DNA of 64,000 nt from assembly GCA_964400475.1 (NCBI GenBank), contig CAYNTH010000001.1, positions 73,957 through 137,956 of the forward strand, written 5' to 3'. The notes under the pieces were generated by a model. It worked only from the letters and a program-made list of their open reading frames with translations. It was not told where the DNA came from and made no database searches. Source of the DNA: an uncultured archaeon. GTDB taxonomy: Archaea; Aenigmatarchaeota; Aenigmatarchaeia; CG10238-14; SCSR01. This document shows, one piece after another, positions 28,306 through 38,976 of this stretch; position 1 is the first letter of the stretch, and each line of letters opens with the position of its first letter. The translations under genes and the position numbers were made by a program.

Positions 28306-29079
28306 TCAGGAATATTGGTATAATTCCAATTGATCTTCAATTTTGATTAGAAATTCTTTGCATATATTTTGATGATGTGGAGCGACTTTGCTATCGATTT
28401 TGTAAATATTGTTTAAGGTTGTTGACATTTTTTCTGAGGTGTTATAGAATTCTCCAATATTGAACATCCTTAATTCATAATTCAGCTTGTTGAAGGTGTT
28501 TCTGTAGTATTTCCACGTATCGTTATCAGAAATGTGTGCTTTCATCTCATTTATCAAATTTGTTATTTTATTGGTCGGTTTTTTACTGATATCAATCGAT
28601 TTAATAATTTTTGGATAATCTTCGACCTCAAATTTATACAAATCTTTTTGTAAATCTTTGAACCCTTCTTTCATTATGTACATTTTACTATTCAATGGTT
28701 CAAGATGCGTGTATAATTTCTTCAGTTCTTTTTCATTGTAATATTTTTCTTCTTTTTCAAAGAAAATATTTACTCTTTTTTTCTTTGTATATTTATAATT
28801 ATTTATACAATTTTCAACGACGATGTAATCATCATCAAGCGTAATCTTAGGATAGATATTTGACAATGTTTTTAAAATAGCCTTCAATTCTAGAATTGTT
28901 CGATCAAAATTAGCACCCTTCCAACTTTCAATTATTATTACCTCGCCGTTCAATTCTACTTCACGATCAGTGAACATAACACCTGCAAAAATTTTTTCTT
29001 TGAATATTTTTATCTTGTCGTGTATTCTCGAAAATTCGTCTAATACTGCTTGTGTACTATTCGATGGTTCGTAGTCCAT
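28306..29079 (-). CDS. hypothetical protein
   Basis: 257-aa ORF, no recognisable motif, low GC. Confidence 0.6.
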   Translation of the reverse strand: MDYEPSNSTQAVLDEFSRIHDKIKIFKEKIFAGVMFTDREVELNGEVIIIESWKGANFDRTILELKAILKTLSNIYPKITLDDDYIVVENCINNYKYTKKKRVNIFFEKEEKYYNEKELKKLYTHLEPLNSKMYIMKEGFKDLQKDLYKFEVEDYPKIIKSIDISKKPTNKITNLINEMKAHISDNDTWKYYRNTFNKLNYELRMFNIGEFYNTSEKMSTTLNNIYKIDSKVAPHHQNICKEFLIKIEDQLELYQYS

Positions 29080-29125
29080 TGATTAGAATTAGTGGATATA
29101 CACTTTTACATTTTACTATTGATAA

Positions 29126-29233
29126 TGGGCTCGGAGGGATTTGAACCCTCGGCCGCTGGTTTTTACACCAGTGAAACTGAACGCTCAGTGGTCTTATAAG
29201 ACCAGTGCTCTAACCGAGCTAAGCTACGAGCCC
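29126..29233 (-). tRNA. tRNA-Ile(TAT) with 33-nt intron best placed at 38/39 (29161-29193)
   Basis: Acceptor GGGCTCG/CGAGCCC, A73, spliced anticodon arm CTGGT-CTTATAA-ACCAG, T-arm GAGGG-TTCAAAT-CCCTC. Confidence 0.92.
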
Positions 29234-29282
29234 TTAGTTTAAGATTAATTGATTAATTACTTATTTGTTGTTTATAGCTTTT

Positions 29283-29717
29283 TCAGTCTTTCTCTTCCAA
29301 CATTCTATGCGCGTCTCTTAAAATATTTTTCGTGTTGTCGTATGTTAATGTATCTAATGCATCGCTGTAGTTCAGCCATTTGTATTCCACATGCTCGTCT
29401 GAGAGTTCGACATTCTCTTCATTTGACTCTGCCAGGAAATATACAGCCTCCTTGAATATGTCCTCGTTTTTCCATCTGTAAAACCAGTTTGTTGTTTCTC
29501 TGAAATTGTCTATAAATTCGATATCAGATAGTTGTGTCTCTTCCTTTATTTCTCTTCTCGCTGCCTCTTTTTCAGTTTCGCCAGTCTCTATTTTCCCTCT
29601 TGTGAAATCCCAATAGTTTCCCTTGAAATGATAATGCAATATGAGATATTTGATCTGATATCCGTCTCTTCTGAATATAACAGCGCCCGCACTCCTTTCA
29701 TTCTTGATGTAATTCAC
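29283..29717 (-). CDS. NUDIX hydrolase (Ap4A hydrolase-like)
   Basis: SAGAVIF, WDF..GKIETGETEKEAARREIKEET Nudix box, LSDEH..Y.W. Confidence 0.92.
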   Translation of the reverse strand: MNYIKNERSAGAVIFRRDGYQIKYLILHYHFKGNYWDFTRGKIETGETEKEAARREIKEETQLSDIEFIDNFRETTNWFYRWKNEDIFKEAVYFLAESNEENVELSDEHVEYKWLNYSDALDTLTYDNTKNILRDAHRMLEEKD

Positions 29718-29785
29718 CCTATGCTATTTAATGGCCGTCACTTATATTTTTGTTATTTTGATATACTAAATAACGGGCATTAGAA

Positions 29786-30694
29786 ATGATAAACAAAAAA
29801 ATAGTCCAAGAGAAAATAGTAAAATATCTTATTCAAAACGGTTATGATATTTGTATTACTAACGGATGTTTCGATGTTGTCGCTAAAAAGGACAAAACAA
29901 TGTTAATCAAGTCGCTCACTAACATAGACAGTATTAGCAAGAATCAGGCCATTAATCTAAGGATATTATCGTATTTCCTTTCAGCCTACCCTTTTTTAGT
30001 ATCTTTAAGGAACACCCGGAATTTTCTAAAAGATAATATTATATATTCGAGGTTTGAAATCCCGGTAGTTACCCCAAAAATGTTTGGGGATATTTTGCAA
30101 GAGGAAGCTTATCATGCAAAATCTGCTAAGGGCAGGCATAGCGTTGAAATAGATGTTGATTTGCTTAAGGAAAAAAGATATGATATGAATTTTACTCTGA
30201 AGGAATTGTCAGATATAATAGGGATATCTAAAAAGGCTCTTTACGAGATAGAAAACGAACGCACGAACCCGAGTAGGCAAACAGCCGATAGTCTTGAACA
30301 TATACTCAATGTTGGTTTGAAAAAAATATATAAGCCGAAAAAAACCGATCCGGGTTATATCGAACCTAGAAACAGATTTCAAAAGATGATAAAAAACGAG
30401 TTGGGACGGATTGGTATAGATAATAGTTTTCTCTCATCTGCGCCTTTCGATATAGTTGGGAAAGGAAATTATAAATTCGTTGGTAGCGTTTCCGTTAGTA
30501 GTAAAGGGGCCACTAAATCGATTGGTGAAATTAAAAAATTATCCAAATTTTTACACACTATTCCATTTGTTATTATCAAAAGTAAAGTTAGGAAACGGAT
30601 TAGTGGCATGCCTGTTGTATTGGAGGAAGAACTTTACACATTTGAAACCGAAGAAGAGCTTATGGAATCGGTTGAAGACGATATGGGTGTTTAA
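29786..30694 (+). CDS. archaeal HTH transcriptional regulator (COG1395-like)
   Basis: CFDVVAK, IKSLTNIDS, central XRE HTH (TLKELSDIIGISKKALYEIE), PFDIV. Confidence 0.85.
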   Translation: MINKKIVQEKIVKYLIQNGYDICITNGCFDVVAKKDKTMLIKSLTNIDSISKNQAINLRILSYFLSAYPFLVSLRNTRNFLKDNIIYSRFEIPVVTPKMFGDILQEEAYHAKSAKGRHSVEIDVDLLKEKRYDMNFTLKELSDIIGISKKALYEIENERTNPSRQTADSLEHILNVGLKKIYKPKKTDPGYIEPRNRFQKMIKNELGRIGIDNSFLSSAPFDIVGKGNYKFVGSVSVSSKGATKSIGEIKKLSKFLHTIPFVIIKSKVRKRISGMPVVLEEELYTFETEEELMESVEDDMGV

Positions 30695-30695
30695 A

Positions 30696-31253
30696 TTGTG
30701 TATTAAATATTGTAGAGAATTCAAGGTCGAACTTAACAATGGTTTTGAATTATTGATTAGACCTCTTAGAATGGATGATGCGAGGCAACTCATGGATTAT
30801 ATAAACGAATTAGTGGAGGAAGACGCGCCGATCGAAATTAACGAGAAAATGACCCTGAAAAAGGAAAAATCTTGGCTTAAGAATAGATTAGGTAGTATAG
30901 AGAAAGGAGAAGATCATATATTGGTCGGTGAGATAGACGGTAAGATAGTTAGTGTCGTCAATCTTACTCCAAAATCTGGAAGATTCTCACACGTGGCTAA
31001 GATAGGCATATCTGTCTTAGAAGACTATAGACGATATGGTATAGCGACTTCTATGATGGATAAAGTTATAGAAATAGGTAAAAAGGACGAGAATATAAGA
31101 CAAATATCATTGGATGTCCTTAAACCAAACAAAAACGCTATTAAACTTTACAATAAGTTGGGATTTAAAAAAGTAGCTGAACTCGAAAAAAGGGCAGAAT
31201 TCAAAGGCGAATATGTAGATGTGATTGTAATGGACCTGGGTGATAACGGTTAG
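30696..31253 (+). CDS. GNAT-family N-acetyltransferase
   Basis: IRPLRMDDA, GISVLEDYRRYGIAT, N.NAIKLYNKLGF; start moved to TTG 30696 after the upstream stop. Confidence 0.9.
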   Translation: MCIKYCREFKVELNNGFELLIRPLRMDDARQLMDYINELVEEDAPIEINEKMTLKKEKSWLKNRLGSIEKGEDHILVGEIDGKIVSVVNLTPKSGRFSHVAKIGISVLEDYRRYGIATSMMDKVIEIGKKDENIRQISLDVLKPNKNAIKLYNKLGFKKVAELEKRAEFKGEYVDVIVMDLGDNG

Positions 31254-31566
31254 TTGTTTTTATGAGGAAGTTTGGGAACTTCTGCTAGAAATTCCAGATG
31301 GTATGGTGACCACGTACAAGGAAATTGCAAAATCGCTTGGCACAAATGCTTATAGGGCGGTTGGAAATGCTTGTCGAAATAATCCCAACTCACCTGAAGT
31401 ACCTTGTCATAGGGTGGTAAGATCTAGTGGCAAGGTTGGTGGGTTCAATGGCAAGTTGTCCGGGAAAAACGTAAGGAGAAAAACATCCTTGTTGAAATCT
31501 GAAGGGGTCTATGTTAGTAATAGTAGAATTGTGGATTTTAGTGAGAAGTTATTTAAGTTCAAATGA
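31240..31566 (+). CDS. ogt: O6-alkylguanine-DNA alkyltransferase (MGMT C-terminal domain only)
   Basis: IP.G.VTTY..IA, RAVGNA...NP, PCHRVV active-site motif. Confidence 0.9.
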   Translation: MITVSCFYEEVWELLLEIPDGMVTTYKEIAKSLGTNAYRAVGNACRNNPNSPEVPCHRVVRSSGKVGGFNGKLSGKNVRRKTSLLKSEGVYVSNSRIVDFSEKLFKFK

Positions 31567-31814
31567 ACCTTATTAAGAATATTGTGAGATACATGAAAGA
31601 AGACGAATCTGATAACAATATGATTGAACAAAAATTTGGTTTTTTTGTAATTAAGAAAATTGATAAAGATACCAAGAAAATGAAGGTAGAATTAAAAACT
31701 AAAAGCGAGGGAATCCCACTTTCTGAGGCTGTTATCATATTGGAAGGTTGGGTAAACCGTGTAAAGAAAAAATTGCAGGAACCATATGCGAAAAATTTGA
31801 AATTCAGAAAGTAA
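31563..31814 (+). CDS. hypothetical protein
   Basis: 83-aa ORF overlapping the ogt stop (ATGA), same strand. Confidence 0.65.
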   Translation: MNLIKNIVRYMKEDESDNNMIEQKFGFFVIKKIDKDTKKMKVELKTKSEGIPLSEAVIILEGWVNRVKKKLQEPYAKNLKFRK

Positions 31815-31915
31815 TTTATTTCTCGTATACCCAGATACACATAAGATTTATAAGTTTAGCATACGTATTAGTTAAATATCGTTTTGTTTTTGAAAAAAAA
31901 GGAGGTTGATGGTAA

Positions 31916-33583
31916 ATGGTTCAAATGGGACAAATTGGAGGACAGCCGGTTTTAATTTTGCCGGAAGGGACTTTAAGACAAACGGGCAAAGGTGCCCAAA
32001 GAGGTAACATAGCTGCTGCTAAGGCGGTGGCTGATGCGGTTCGGACTACACTCGGGCCGAAGGGAATGGATAAAATGCTTGTTGATTCTATAGGTGATAT
32101 AGTTATAACAAATGATGGTGTAACAATTCTCGATGAAATGGAGATTGAACACCCTGCAGCTAAAATGATGGTTGAAGTTGCTAAAACGCAGGCCGAAGAA
32201 GTCGGTGACGGAACAACCACTTCGGTTGTAATAGCTGGAGAATTATTGAAAAGGGCTGCTGATTTACTCGATCATGATATACACCCAACTGTTATCACAA
32301 GAGGGTATAGATTGGCTAGTGAAGAAGCGTTGAAGATTTTAGAAGATATATCTATTCCGATAAATCTAGAAGACGACGCCATGTTGAAAAAGATTGCATT
32401 AACATCTATGAGTGGAAAAAGCATGGAAAAAGCGTCCCCTGCACTAGGTGATTTGATAGTAGAAGCTGTCAAGAATGTGGCAATTAAGAAGAACGGTCAA
32501 ATAACGATTGATACAGACGATATTAAAAGAGAAAAGAAATCAGGTGGAAGCGCGGATAAGACAGAGCTTGTACGTGGTATTGTTTTGGATAAAGAAATAG
32601 TTCATCCAGCGATGCCCAATAAGATAGAAGAGGCCAAGATAGCTCTGATAGATATTCCATTAGAGATTAAAGAAACAGAAACAGAAGCTCAGATAAGAAT
32701 TAGCTCACCCGAACAACTTCAATCTTTCGTTGAACAAGAACAAAAGATGTTGAAAAAAATGGTGGATACCATAGAAGGCGTGGGCACTAGTGTGCTACTT
32801 TCTCAGAAAGGAATAGATGATATAGCACAACATTATTTGGCAAAGAAAGGCATTCTTGCTACTAGACGTGTTAAAAAATCTGACATGGAAAAATTGGCAA
32901 AGGCAACTGGTGGTAGAATCGTTTCTAACCTAGATGATTTAACTAAAGATGATTTGGGATACGCCAAGACAGTTGAAGAATCTAAAGTTGGTGGAGACGA
33001 TATGATTTTCGTCAGGGACTGCAAAGATCCAAAGGCAGTAACTATCCTGGTCAGGGGTAGTACGAATCATGTTGTGGATGAGATTGATAGAAGTATAGAA
33101 GACGCTATTGGTGCAGTTTCGTCTGCAATAGAAGTTGGTAAAATTGTTTATGGTGCTGGATCTCCAGAGGCTGAGCTTTCAAAAAGGTTAAAGAAATTTG
33201 CAGAAGGATTTTCTGGAAGAGAACAACTGGCAATCACATCTTTTGCAGAATCTATGGAAGTAATTCCTAGAGCACTTGCAGAAAATGCGGGATTAGACCC
33301 GATTGACGTAATAGTTAAATTAAGGTCAGAACACGACAAAGAAAATATACATCACGGTGTCAGTGTCTATGAGAGAGAAGTCATGAATGCTGAAGATATT
33401 GGTGTTGTTGAACCACTCAAAGTAAAAACACAGGCAATTATCTCTGCATCGGAGGCTACTGAGATGATATTGAGAATAGATGATGTAATCTCAGCAGGCA
33501 AGTTATCGAAAGGAGGATCAGGTGGTTCAGGAATGCCTGCAGGAATGCCAGGCGGAATGCCGGGAGGCATGCCTGGATACTAA
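31916..33583 (+). CDS. ths: thermosome (group II chaperonin) subunit
   Basis: [25 protein letters not shown]-terminal GGMP repeats; GGAGGT SD. Confidence 0.97.
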   Translation: MVQMGQIGGQPVLILPEGTLRQTGKGAQRGNIAAAKAVADAVRTTLGPKGMDKMLVDSIGDIVITNDGVTILDEMEIEHPAAKMMVEVAKTQAEEVGDGTTTSVVIAGELLKRAADLLDHDIHPTVITRGYRLASEEALKILEDISIPINLEDDAMLKKIALTSMSGKSMEKASPALGDLIVEAVKNVAIKKNGQITIDTDDIKREKKSGGSADKTELVRGIVLDKEIVHPAMPNKIEEAKIALIDIPLEIKETETEAQIRISSPEQLQSFVEQEQKMLKKMVDTIEGVGTSVLLSQKGIDDIAQHYLAKKGILATRRVKKSDMEKLAKATGGRIVSNLDDLTKDDLGYAKTVEESKVGGDDMIFVRDCKDPKAVTILVRGSTNHVVDEIDRSIEDAIGAVSSAIEVGKIVYGAGSPEAELSKRLKKFAEGFSGREQLAITSFAESMEVIPRALAENAGLDPIDVIVKLRSEHDKENIHHGVSVYEREVMNAEDIGVVEPLKVKTQAIISASEATEMILRIDDVISAGKLSKGGSGGSGMPAGMPGGMPGGMPGY

Positions 33584-33687
33584 TTTTTTTCTTAGAAAAG
33601 CTTTATTTACGTAGTTCTAAATTTATTATAGTCAAAAACTCAATTTATATTAGCTATTCAGGATAATTAATATTATTTGGTGAATTA

Positions 33688-34170
33688 ATGTCAGAAGAAG
33701 AAGAGTATGAATTGGTTCCTCTTTCGCCTATAAGAAGACTAGAGAAGAGATTGGAAAGGATAGAGAAGGGAAAATCGAGTAATGTTGACTCAAGTAAGTT
33801 TTTCAGTGAAATAGTGGAAATTATTAGGATGAATCAACAGATTGTTGATGAATTGGCTAAAGCCAATGATGCGCTGAGAATAGAAATTTCTAGATTGCCT
33901 GGGAAGATGGATGAACTGATCGGAAATATTGATGAATTGGTTTCTTATATCAAAGCCGCTGCAGGTACAGGCGAGTCTGCTTCAGGGGAGAGCATGGATC
34001 CGTTATTGAAAAAAATGGACAAGTTGATAGAAGGCAATAAGAAAATAGTCGAAAGTAATGAGTCAGTTATATCAACTGTGGAGCAGTTGTCGGGCAAGTT
34101 GAAAAGACCTCCTTATCCTAGTAGACTAAAAAGAAAAAGATTATCTGGGTTTAATAAAAAAATTAAATAA
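33688..34170 (+). CDS. coiled-coil hypothetical protein
   Basis: 160 aa, heptad-rich, basic C-terminus; GGTGA SD. Confidence 0.7.
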   Translation: MSEEEEYELVPLSPIRRLEKRLERIEKGKSSNVDSSKFFSEIVEIIRMNQQIVDELAKANDALRIEISRLPGKMDELIGNIDELVSYIKAAAGTGESASGESMDPLLKKMDKLIEGNKKIVESNESVISTVEQLSGKLKRPPYPSRLKRKRLSGFNKKIK

Positions 34171-34206
34171 TTCTCAATTTTTATTCTAAAAAAATAAATT
34201 GATATT

Positions 34207-34872
34207 ATGTTAAATAGGTTTGGTATATCCGAAATTATTTCTCTATTATTGATAGCTCTTATTACTGCGAGCTTATCAGGCACTGCGTTAATGTGGGGTA
34301 TGCCGCTCATTAATAAAAGACAGGACAGTAGTAAGATTGATAAACTTTATAGTTATTTTGATGAGGAAAACAGCAATTCCATAATGAAGAAAATCGAGTT
34401 TGTCTCAAGAAACGGTGGTCAGGAAACGTTCACTTCAGATATTAAAGGAACTTGGATAATAAATGATTATTCGTTGGATTCTGAAAAAGCCAATTCAATA
34501 GATTTCATTACATTTAGCAAAGTTTCAAATGTAGCCATTTCAACCGAAGATAATGATATAGGTTGGGTGTCATTGACATCTGGAGGGGAGTGCCCCCCAA
34601 ATAATGGAATTGTTGGACTGGATTCATCATATGTCGTATGTGCAAAAGCCGAGCCATTTTCAGATGAGTACAAAATTAATTATAGAATATGGTTTAGAGA
34701 TTTGTATGATTCTAGTTCTACTAGAGTTTGGCGTATTAATGTTACTAACCACGAGAGTGGTTTAAGTTCTAAAGAGACTAGTAGGATAAGAATATCTCAG
34801 GGAGATGTCATAACTGATAATATTGATGGGGAAACTTTCATTACTACTAAAATCAAAATTCTTTTAGTATGA
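34207..34872 (+). CDS. type IV pilin-like protein
   Basis: Class III signal-like start MLNRFG/ISEIISLLLIALI; in ATPase-TadC cluster. Confidence 0.75.
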   Translation: MLNRFGISEIISLLLIALITASLSGTALMWGMPLINKRQDSSKIDKLYSYFDEENSNSIMKKIEFVSRNGGQETFTSDIKGTWIINDYSLDSEKANSIDFITFSKVSNVAISTEDNDIGWVSLTSGGECPPNNGIVGLDSSYVVCAKAEPFSDEYKINYRIWFRDLYDSSSTRVWRINVTNHESGLSSKETSRIRISQGDVITDNIDGETFITTKIKILLV

Positions 34873-35321
34873 TACCAAATATCCCGGATATCTCATCTTC
34901 AGGGCAATCGACAGTGATACAGTTTATCTTGTTTATACTAGTAGGTTTAGCCATTTTTACAAGTATAGGAAATTTATTTAGATTCCAATCAGATATTCTA
35001 AGAGACGAGATTTCTAATTACTCTGTGGAGATGGTGAACAGTTATTTGTCGTCTGTAGTAGTAGCTTCTGTTGACACATGTAAAAAATGCGATGTGGTGG
35101 AGAATAAAATAAAAATTAGTGATAGTTTTTTTAGCTATTATTTGGAGGCGTCATTGGGTGATGATGGATTGACAGTATCAACTCATCCAGAAAAATATGA
35201 ATATTCATCTTCGATTAATAATCTTAATGAGAGTATCGATGTTTTGGAAGGGGCAGCACCTTCTATACAAACAATAAACTTAACATATGATAGAACACAA
35301 AATAAATTAGAGATAAGATGA
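34869..35321 (+). CDS. pilin-like protein
   Basis: SG/QSTVIQFILFILVGLAIF hydrophobic N-terminus; CKKC; ATGA coupling. Confidence 0.7.
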   Translation: MIPNIPDISSSGQSTVIQFILFILVGLAIFTSIGNLFRFQSDILRDEISNYSVEMVNSYLSSVVVASVDTCKKCDVVENKIKISDSFFSYYLEASLGDDGLTVSTHPEKYEYSSSINNLNESIDVLEGAAPSIQTINLTYDRTQNKLEIR

Positions 35322-37066
35322 CAATGAAGAAGATTTTCGATAGTATGGTAAAAGGATATAAAGCTTTGGAGGAGAGAGAAAAGTCGGCTACATCAAGATC
35401 TGTAAATATTGTCACGGAATCTCCGACAGTGGTAAAATCCAAATGTGTTGAAGAAAGCGATGAATCCGAAAAAGATGAAAAAAAGTTTGATTTCGAAGGT
35501 TTCGAAATACCCAGATTTAAATCAACTGGTGTAAAATTGGGTAGGTCAAAAGCAGATACTGCTAAGTTAAGACCAATTATTTATCCTCTTATACCATCTA
35601 AGCCAAAAAAGGGGGAGCCAGTATTTGCTCATACAAAGATTCAGTGGGATAAAAATCTCAATAAGTACGTTTATAATTTATCAGAACCTAAAATGACTGA
35701 CAAGTTGGCCAATATTCTAGAGAGGATAAAAATATTGCTTGAACAAAGATTAGATGTTGATTTTACTAAATTGAAAAAAATTGAGTCAATTGAGTATTTG
35801 AATAAAGAAATGGTTGATCTCATAGATTATTTCGATTTCACGGTTACGGAAGCCGAGAAAAAAATATTGAGATATTATATTGAAAGAGATTTCATGGGAT
35901 TAGGTAAAATAGAGCCGGTGATGCAGGATGATAATATTGAGGATATAAGTTGTGATGGAATAGGGATTCCGATTTACATATTTCATAGGAATTCAAAGCT
36001 GGGATCAATACCGACTAATGTAATGTATGATAATAAAGAAGAATTAGATTCTTTTATAACAAGACTTTCTCAGATATGTGGAAAAACAATATCTGTTGCA
36101 ACACCGTTGGTTGGTGGAACTCTACCAGACGGCAGTAGGTTGCAGGCCACGCTGGCGACTGATATAGCTAGGAGAGGTAGCAATTTTACTATAAGGAAAT
36201 TCACCAAAACACCATTAACGCCGACTCACCTCTTGGCGTATAACACATTGGATATAGAGAGTATGGCTTATATGTGGTTCGTAGTTGATCACGGTTTCAG
36301 TGTTCTCGTTTGTGGTGGGACAGCATCCGGTAAGACTACATTATTGAATGTTATGTCATTATTCATTAGACATGACAAGAAAATAGTTTCCATCGAAGAT
36401 ACCGCCGAATTGAGGCTGCCACACCCTCATTGGGTACCGGCAGTTGCGAGAGTGCCGATATCCGAAAATAAAGACAATAAAGGCGATGTTGATTTATTCG
36501 ATTTGCTCAAGGAAAGCATGAGGCAACGTCCAGATTATATTATTGTAGGTGAGGTAAGGGGTCCAGAAGCTTACATATTATTTCAACAGATGGCAACAGG
36601 GCACCCATCCATGGCCACTATACACGCTGAAAATATGCCTAAATTGATGGATAGACTCACAACTCCTCCAATATCGTTGCAACCAAGTCTCATCAGTAGT
36701 CTTGATTTGGCCGTGTTTTTATCGAGAATGAAATATAAAGATAATTTTGTCAGGAGGATGTCAGAAATAGTTGAGATAGTGGATTACGATGAGAAAAAAG
36801 AAAATCCAGTGATAAACAAAGTATTCGAGTGGAATTCAGATACTGACAAATTCAACCTGTTAAATGATAGTTTAATGCTAAAAAAAATATCCAGAAAGAC
36901 AGGGATGAAAAAAAATGAGATTAAAGAAGAGCTTTCAAGGAGGATGTTGGTTTTGCATTGGTTGAAAGAAAACAGAATAACTGATTTCAAGGATGTGAAC
37001 AAAGTTATTAACATGTATTATAATTACCCCCAAAGAACTATTTCAATGATGTCTGAAAGAATATGA
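35318..37066 (+). CDS. type IV pilus/secretion ATPase (FlaI/TadA/VirB11 family)
   Basis: EDISCDG, FTIRKF, GGTASGKTT, SIEDTAEL, RQRPDYIIVGEVRG, TGH...TIHA. Confidence 0.95.
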   Translation: MTMKKIFDSMVKGYKALEEREKSATSRSVNIVTESPTVVKSKCVEESDESEKDEKKFDFEGFEIPRFKSTGVKLGRSKADTAKLRPIIYPLIPSKPKKGEPVFAHTKIQWDKNLNKYVYNLSEPKMTDKLANILERIKILLEQRLDVDFTKLKKIESIEYLNKEMVDLIDYFDFTVTEAEKKILRYYIERDFMGLGKIEPVMQDDNIEDISCDGIGIPIYIFHRNSKLGSIPTNVMYDNKEELDSFITRLSQICGKTISVATPLVGGTLPDGSRLQATLATDIARRGSNFTIRKFTKTPLTPTHLLAYNTLDIESMAYMWFVVDHGFSVLVCGGTASGKTTLLNVMSLFIRHDKKIVSIEDTAELRLPHPHWVPAVARVPISENKDNKGDVDLFDLLKESMRQRPDYIIVGEVRGPEAYILFQQMATGHPSMATIHAENMPKLMDRLTTPPISLQPSLISSLDLAVFLSRMKYKDNFVRRMSEIVEIVDYDEKKENPVINKVFEWNSDTDKFNLLNDSLMLKKISRKTGMKKNEIKEELSRRMLVLHWLKENRITDFKDVNKVINMYYNYPQRTISMMSERI

Positions 37067-37092
37067 ATTAACCGTCTCTTGGGTCGATCTGT

Positions 37093-37968
37093 ATGAAATT
37101 TTATAAAAAACTCTCATTTAGATATTTTAGTCACATAAGTGAATATATATCTCATTATTTCGGGGAAGTCAATATTAATTTGAAAAAAGCCAGAATTATG
37201 ATGTCCCTTCAGGAATATATTAGTATAGCCATAATGTCCTGTTTTATAATTTTTTTAATCAGTTTTCCGATATTGTCGTTTCTTTTTGGGTTGGTCTTTC
37301 AGACATTTTTATTCAGTTTCATAAGCTCTTTTACAGTTACTTTGACTTTGACCGTTGGTACGTTCATTTTGATAATGAACTATCCTAGGCTGGTCATAAA
37401 TGAAAAGGCAAAAAAGATAGATAATGTTTTACCATTTGCTGCATTGTACATTTCGACTGTTGCAAGTACAAAATTACCTTTGCATGAAGTTTTTGGAATA
37501 TTTTCAAGGTTCAGTGATTACGGTGAACTGACTAAAGAGATTGAACATATTACTAAGGACGTTGAGGTTTTTGGATTCGATATCAATAATGCCATAGAGA
37601 GAGCTGTTAGTAGGTCACCATCAAAGGAGTTGAGAGAAATGTTATGGGGCATGTTATCTACACTTAGGGCAGGTGGTGATATGCATTCATATCTTGGAGA
37701 AACAGCGTCCAATATGATGGATGATTATAGAAGAAAATTGTACGAATTTTCACACCAGCTGACGATATATATAGAGGTTTATCTAACCACCATAGTTCTG
37801 GGAACCATATTCTTTACAATACTGACTTCTGTAATAAGTGGGATGGCTAGTTCTATAAATTCATCAAATATAATTGTTCTCCAATTCTTGTTGATATTCG
37901 CATTTATGCCACTTGTCTCAATATTATTTATTATCATGGTAAAATCGATTACACCGGGGGAAGAGTGA
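37093..37968 (+). CDS. type II secretion F-family (TadB/TadC/FlaJ-like) platform protein
   Basis: Multi-TM, LPFAALY, SPS.EL, follows the ATPase. Confidence 0.88.
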   Translation: MKFYKKLSFRYFSHISEYISHYFGEVNINLKKARIMMSLQEYISIAIMSCFIIFLISFPILSFLFGLVFQTFLFSFISSFTVTLTLTVGTFILIMNYPRLVINEKAKKIDNVLPFAALYISTVASTKLPLHEVFGIFSRFSDYGELTKEIEHITKDVEVFGFDINNAIERAVSRSPSKELREMLWGMLSTLRAGGDMHSYLGETASNMMDDYRRKLYEFSHQLTIYIEVYLTTIVLGTIFFTILTSVISGMASSINSSNIIVLQFLLIFAFMPLVSILFIIMVKSITPGEE

Positions 37969-37972
37969 AAAT

Positions 37973-38971
37973 ATGACCAACAAAACATCCAATAGCAAAA
38001 GTATCAAATCTGTTTTAATTGGGTTACGGACAGGTTTCATGGAATTGTCTAGAGCTAAGAGGACACTGATAATAACAATATCTATTTCTTTAGTTTTGAT
38101 GTTTTTCGCCAGTTTAACAAGAAATTTGGGTATACTAGCAAATGCAATACTTTTATCGACTTTCATAGTGGCAGTGCCTCAATTTTTGATGATGTATGAT
38201 CGTTATGTTAATATAAAAGAAATGGAGAAAAAGTTTCCCGTTTTTTTAAGAGATATAATAGAATCTTTGAATTCTGGTATGCCCTTGCACAAATCGATAA
38301 TATCTGTCAGTAATTACGACTATGGCAAATTGTCACCTGAAATAAGGAAAATTTCAAATCAGTTAACCTGGGGGGTTCCATTGGAAAAGGTATTAAACCA
38401 GTTTGCCAAAAGAATGAAAAAAAGCAAGAGACTTTTTACAAGTATAAAAATCATACGGGAATCTCATCTTTCAGGAGGGAATGTCATATCGACGATTGAT
38501 ACCGTTGCCGATAATTCCAAGACCTTAGAAGATGCAGAAAAGGAAAGGCGTAGTACATTGAATCAATATGTGATATTGATGTATGTAATAACTTTGGTTT
38601 TTATTGGTATAATCGTAGCTATAAACAATTTGATGATACCTATTTTTGAAGTTACAGCGAGTGGCGCGGGTGATATAATAGGAGTTGTCAATCCCTGCCA
38701 ATCATCATCTTTTGGCATTACAAATTACGTTTGCAGTCTCTATAAGGGCACGGCGTTTTTCTTATTTTCAATAGACCCGACAACTATCAGTGCTTACTAC
38801 ATTTCACTCTTTTTTTATATGAGTCTAGTTCAATCCATTTTTTCGGGGTTAGTGGCTGGTCAGATAGGTGAGAATTCTGTGAGAGCAGGTATTAAACACA
38901 GTTTAATCATGGTTTCGATCACTTTAGGTTCATTCTATTTATTAATATACTTCGGTTTTTTGGGTGTTTAA
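37973..38971 (+). CDS. type II secretion F-family platform protein
   Basis: FPVFLRD..ESL.SGM, YGKLS.E, SGG, FSGLVAG...G.KH. Confidence 0.9.
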   Translation: MTNKTSNSKSIKSVLIGLRTGFMELSRAKRTLIITISISLVLMFFASLTRNLGILANAILLSTFIVAVPQFLMMYDRYVNIKEMEKKFPVFLRDIIESLNSGMPLHKSIISVSNYDYGKLSPEIRKISNQLTWGVPLEKVLNQFAKRMKKSKRLFTSIKIIRESHLSGGNVISTIDTVADNSKTLEDAEKERRSTLNQYVILMYVITLVFIGIIVAINNLMIPIFEVTASGAGDIIGVVNPCQSSSFGITNYVCSLYKGTAFFLFSIDPTTISAYYISLFFYMSLVQSIFSGLVAGQIGENSVRAGIKHSLIMVSITLGSFYLLIYFGFLGV

Positions 38972-38976
38972 TTGAA

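Noticed and set aside
30456..30695. N-terminal extension of the GNAT ORF
   Set aside because: Overlaps the upstream regulator; the GNAT-like sequence starts after its stop.
33520..33580. GGAATGCC-type tandem repeats at the thermosome 3' end
   Set aside because: They encode the ordinary GGMP tail of chaperonins.
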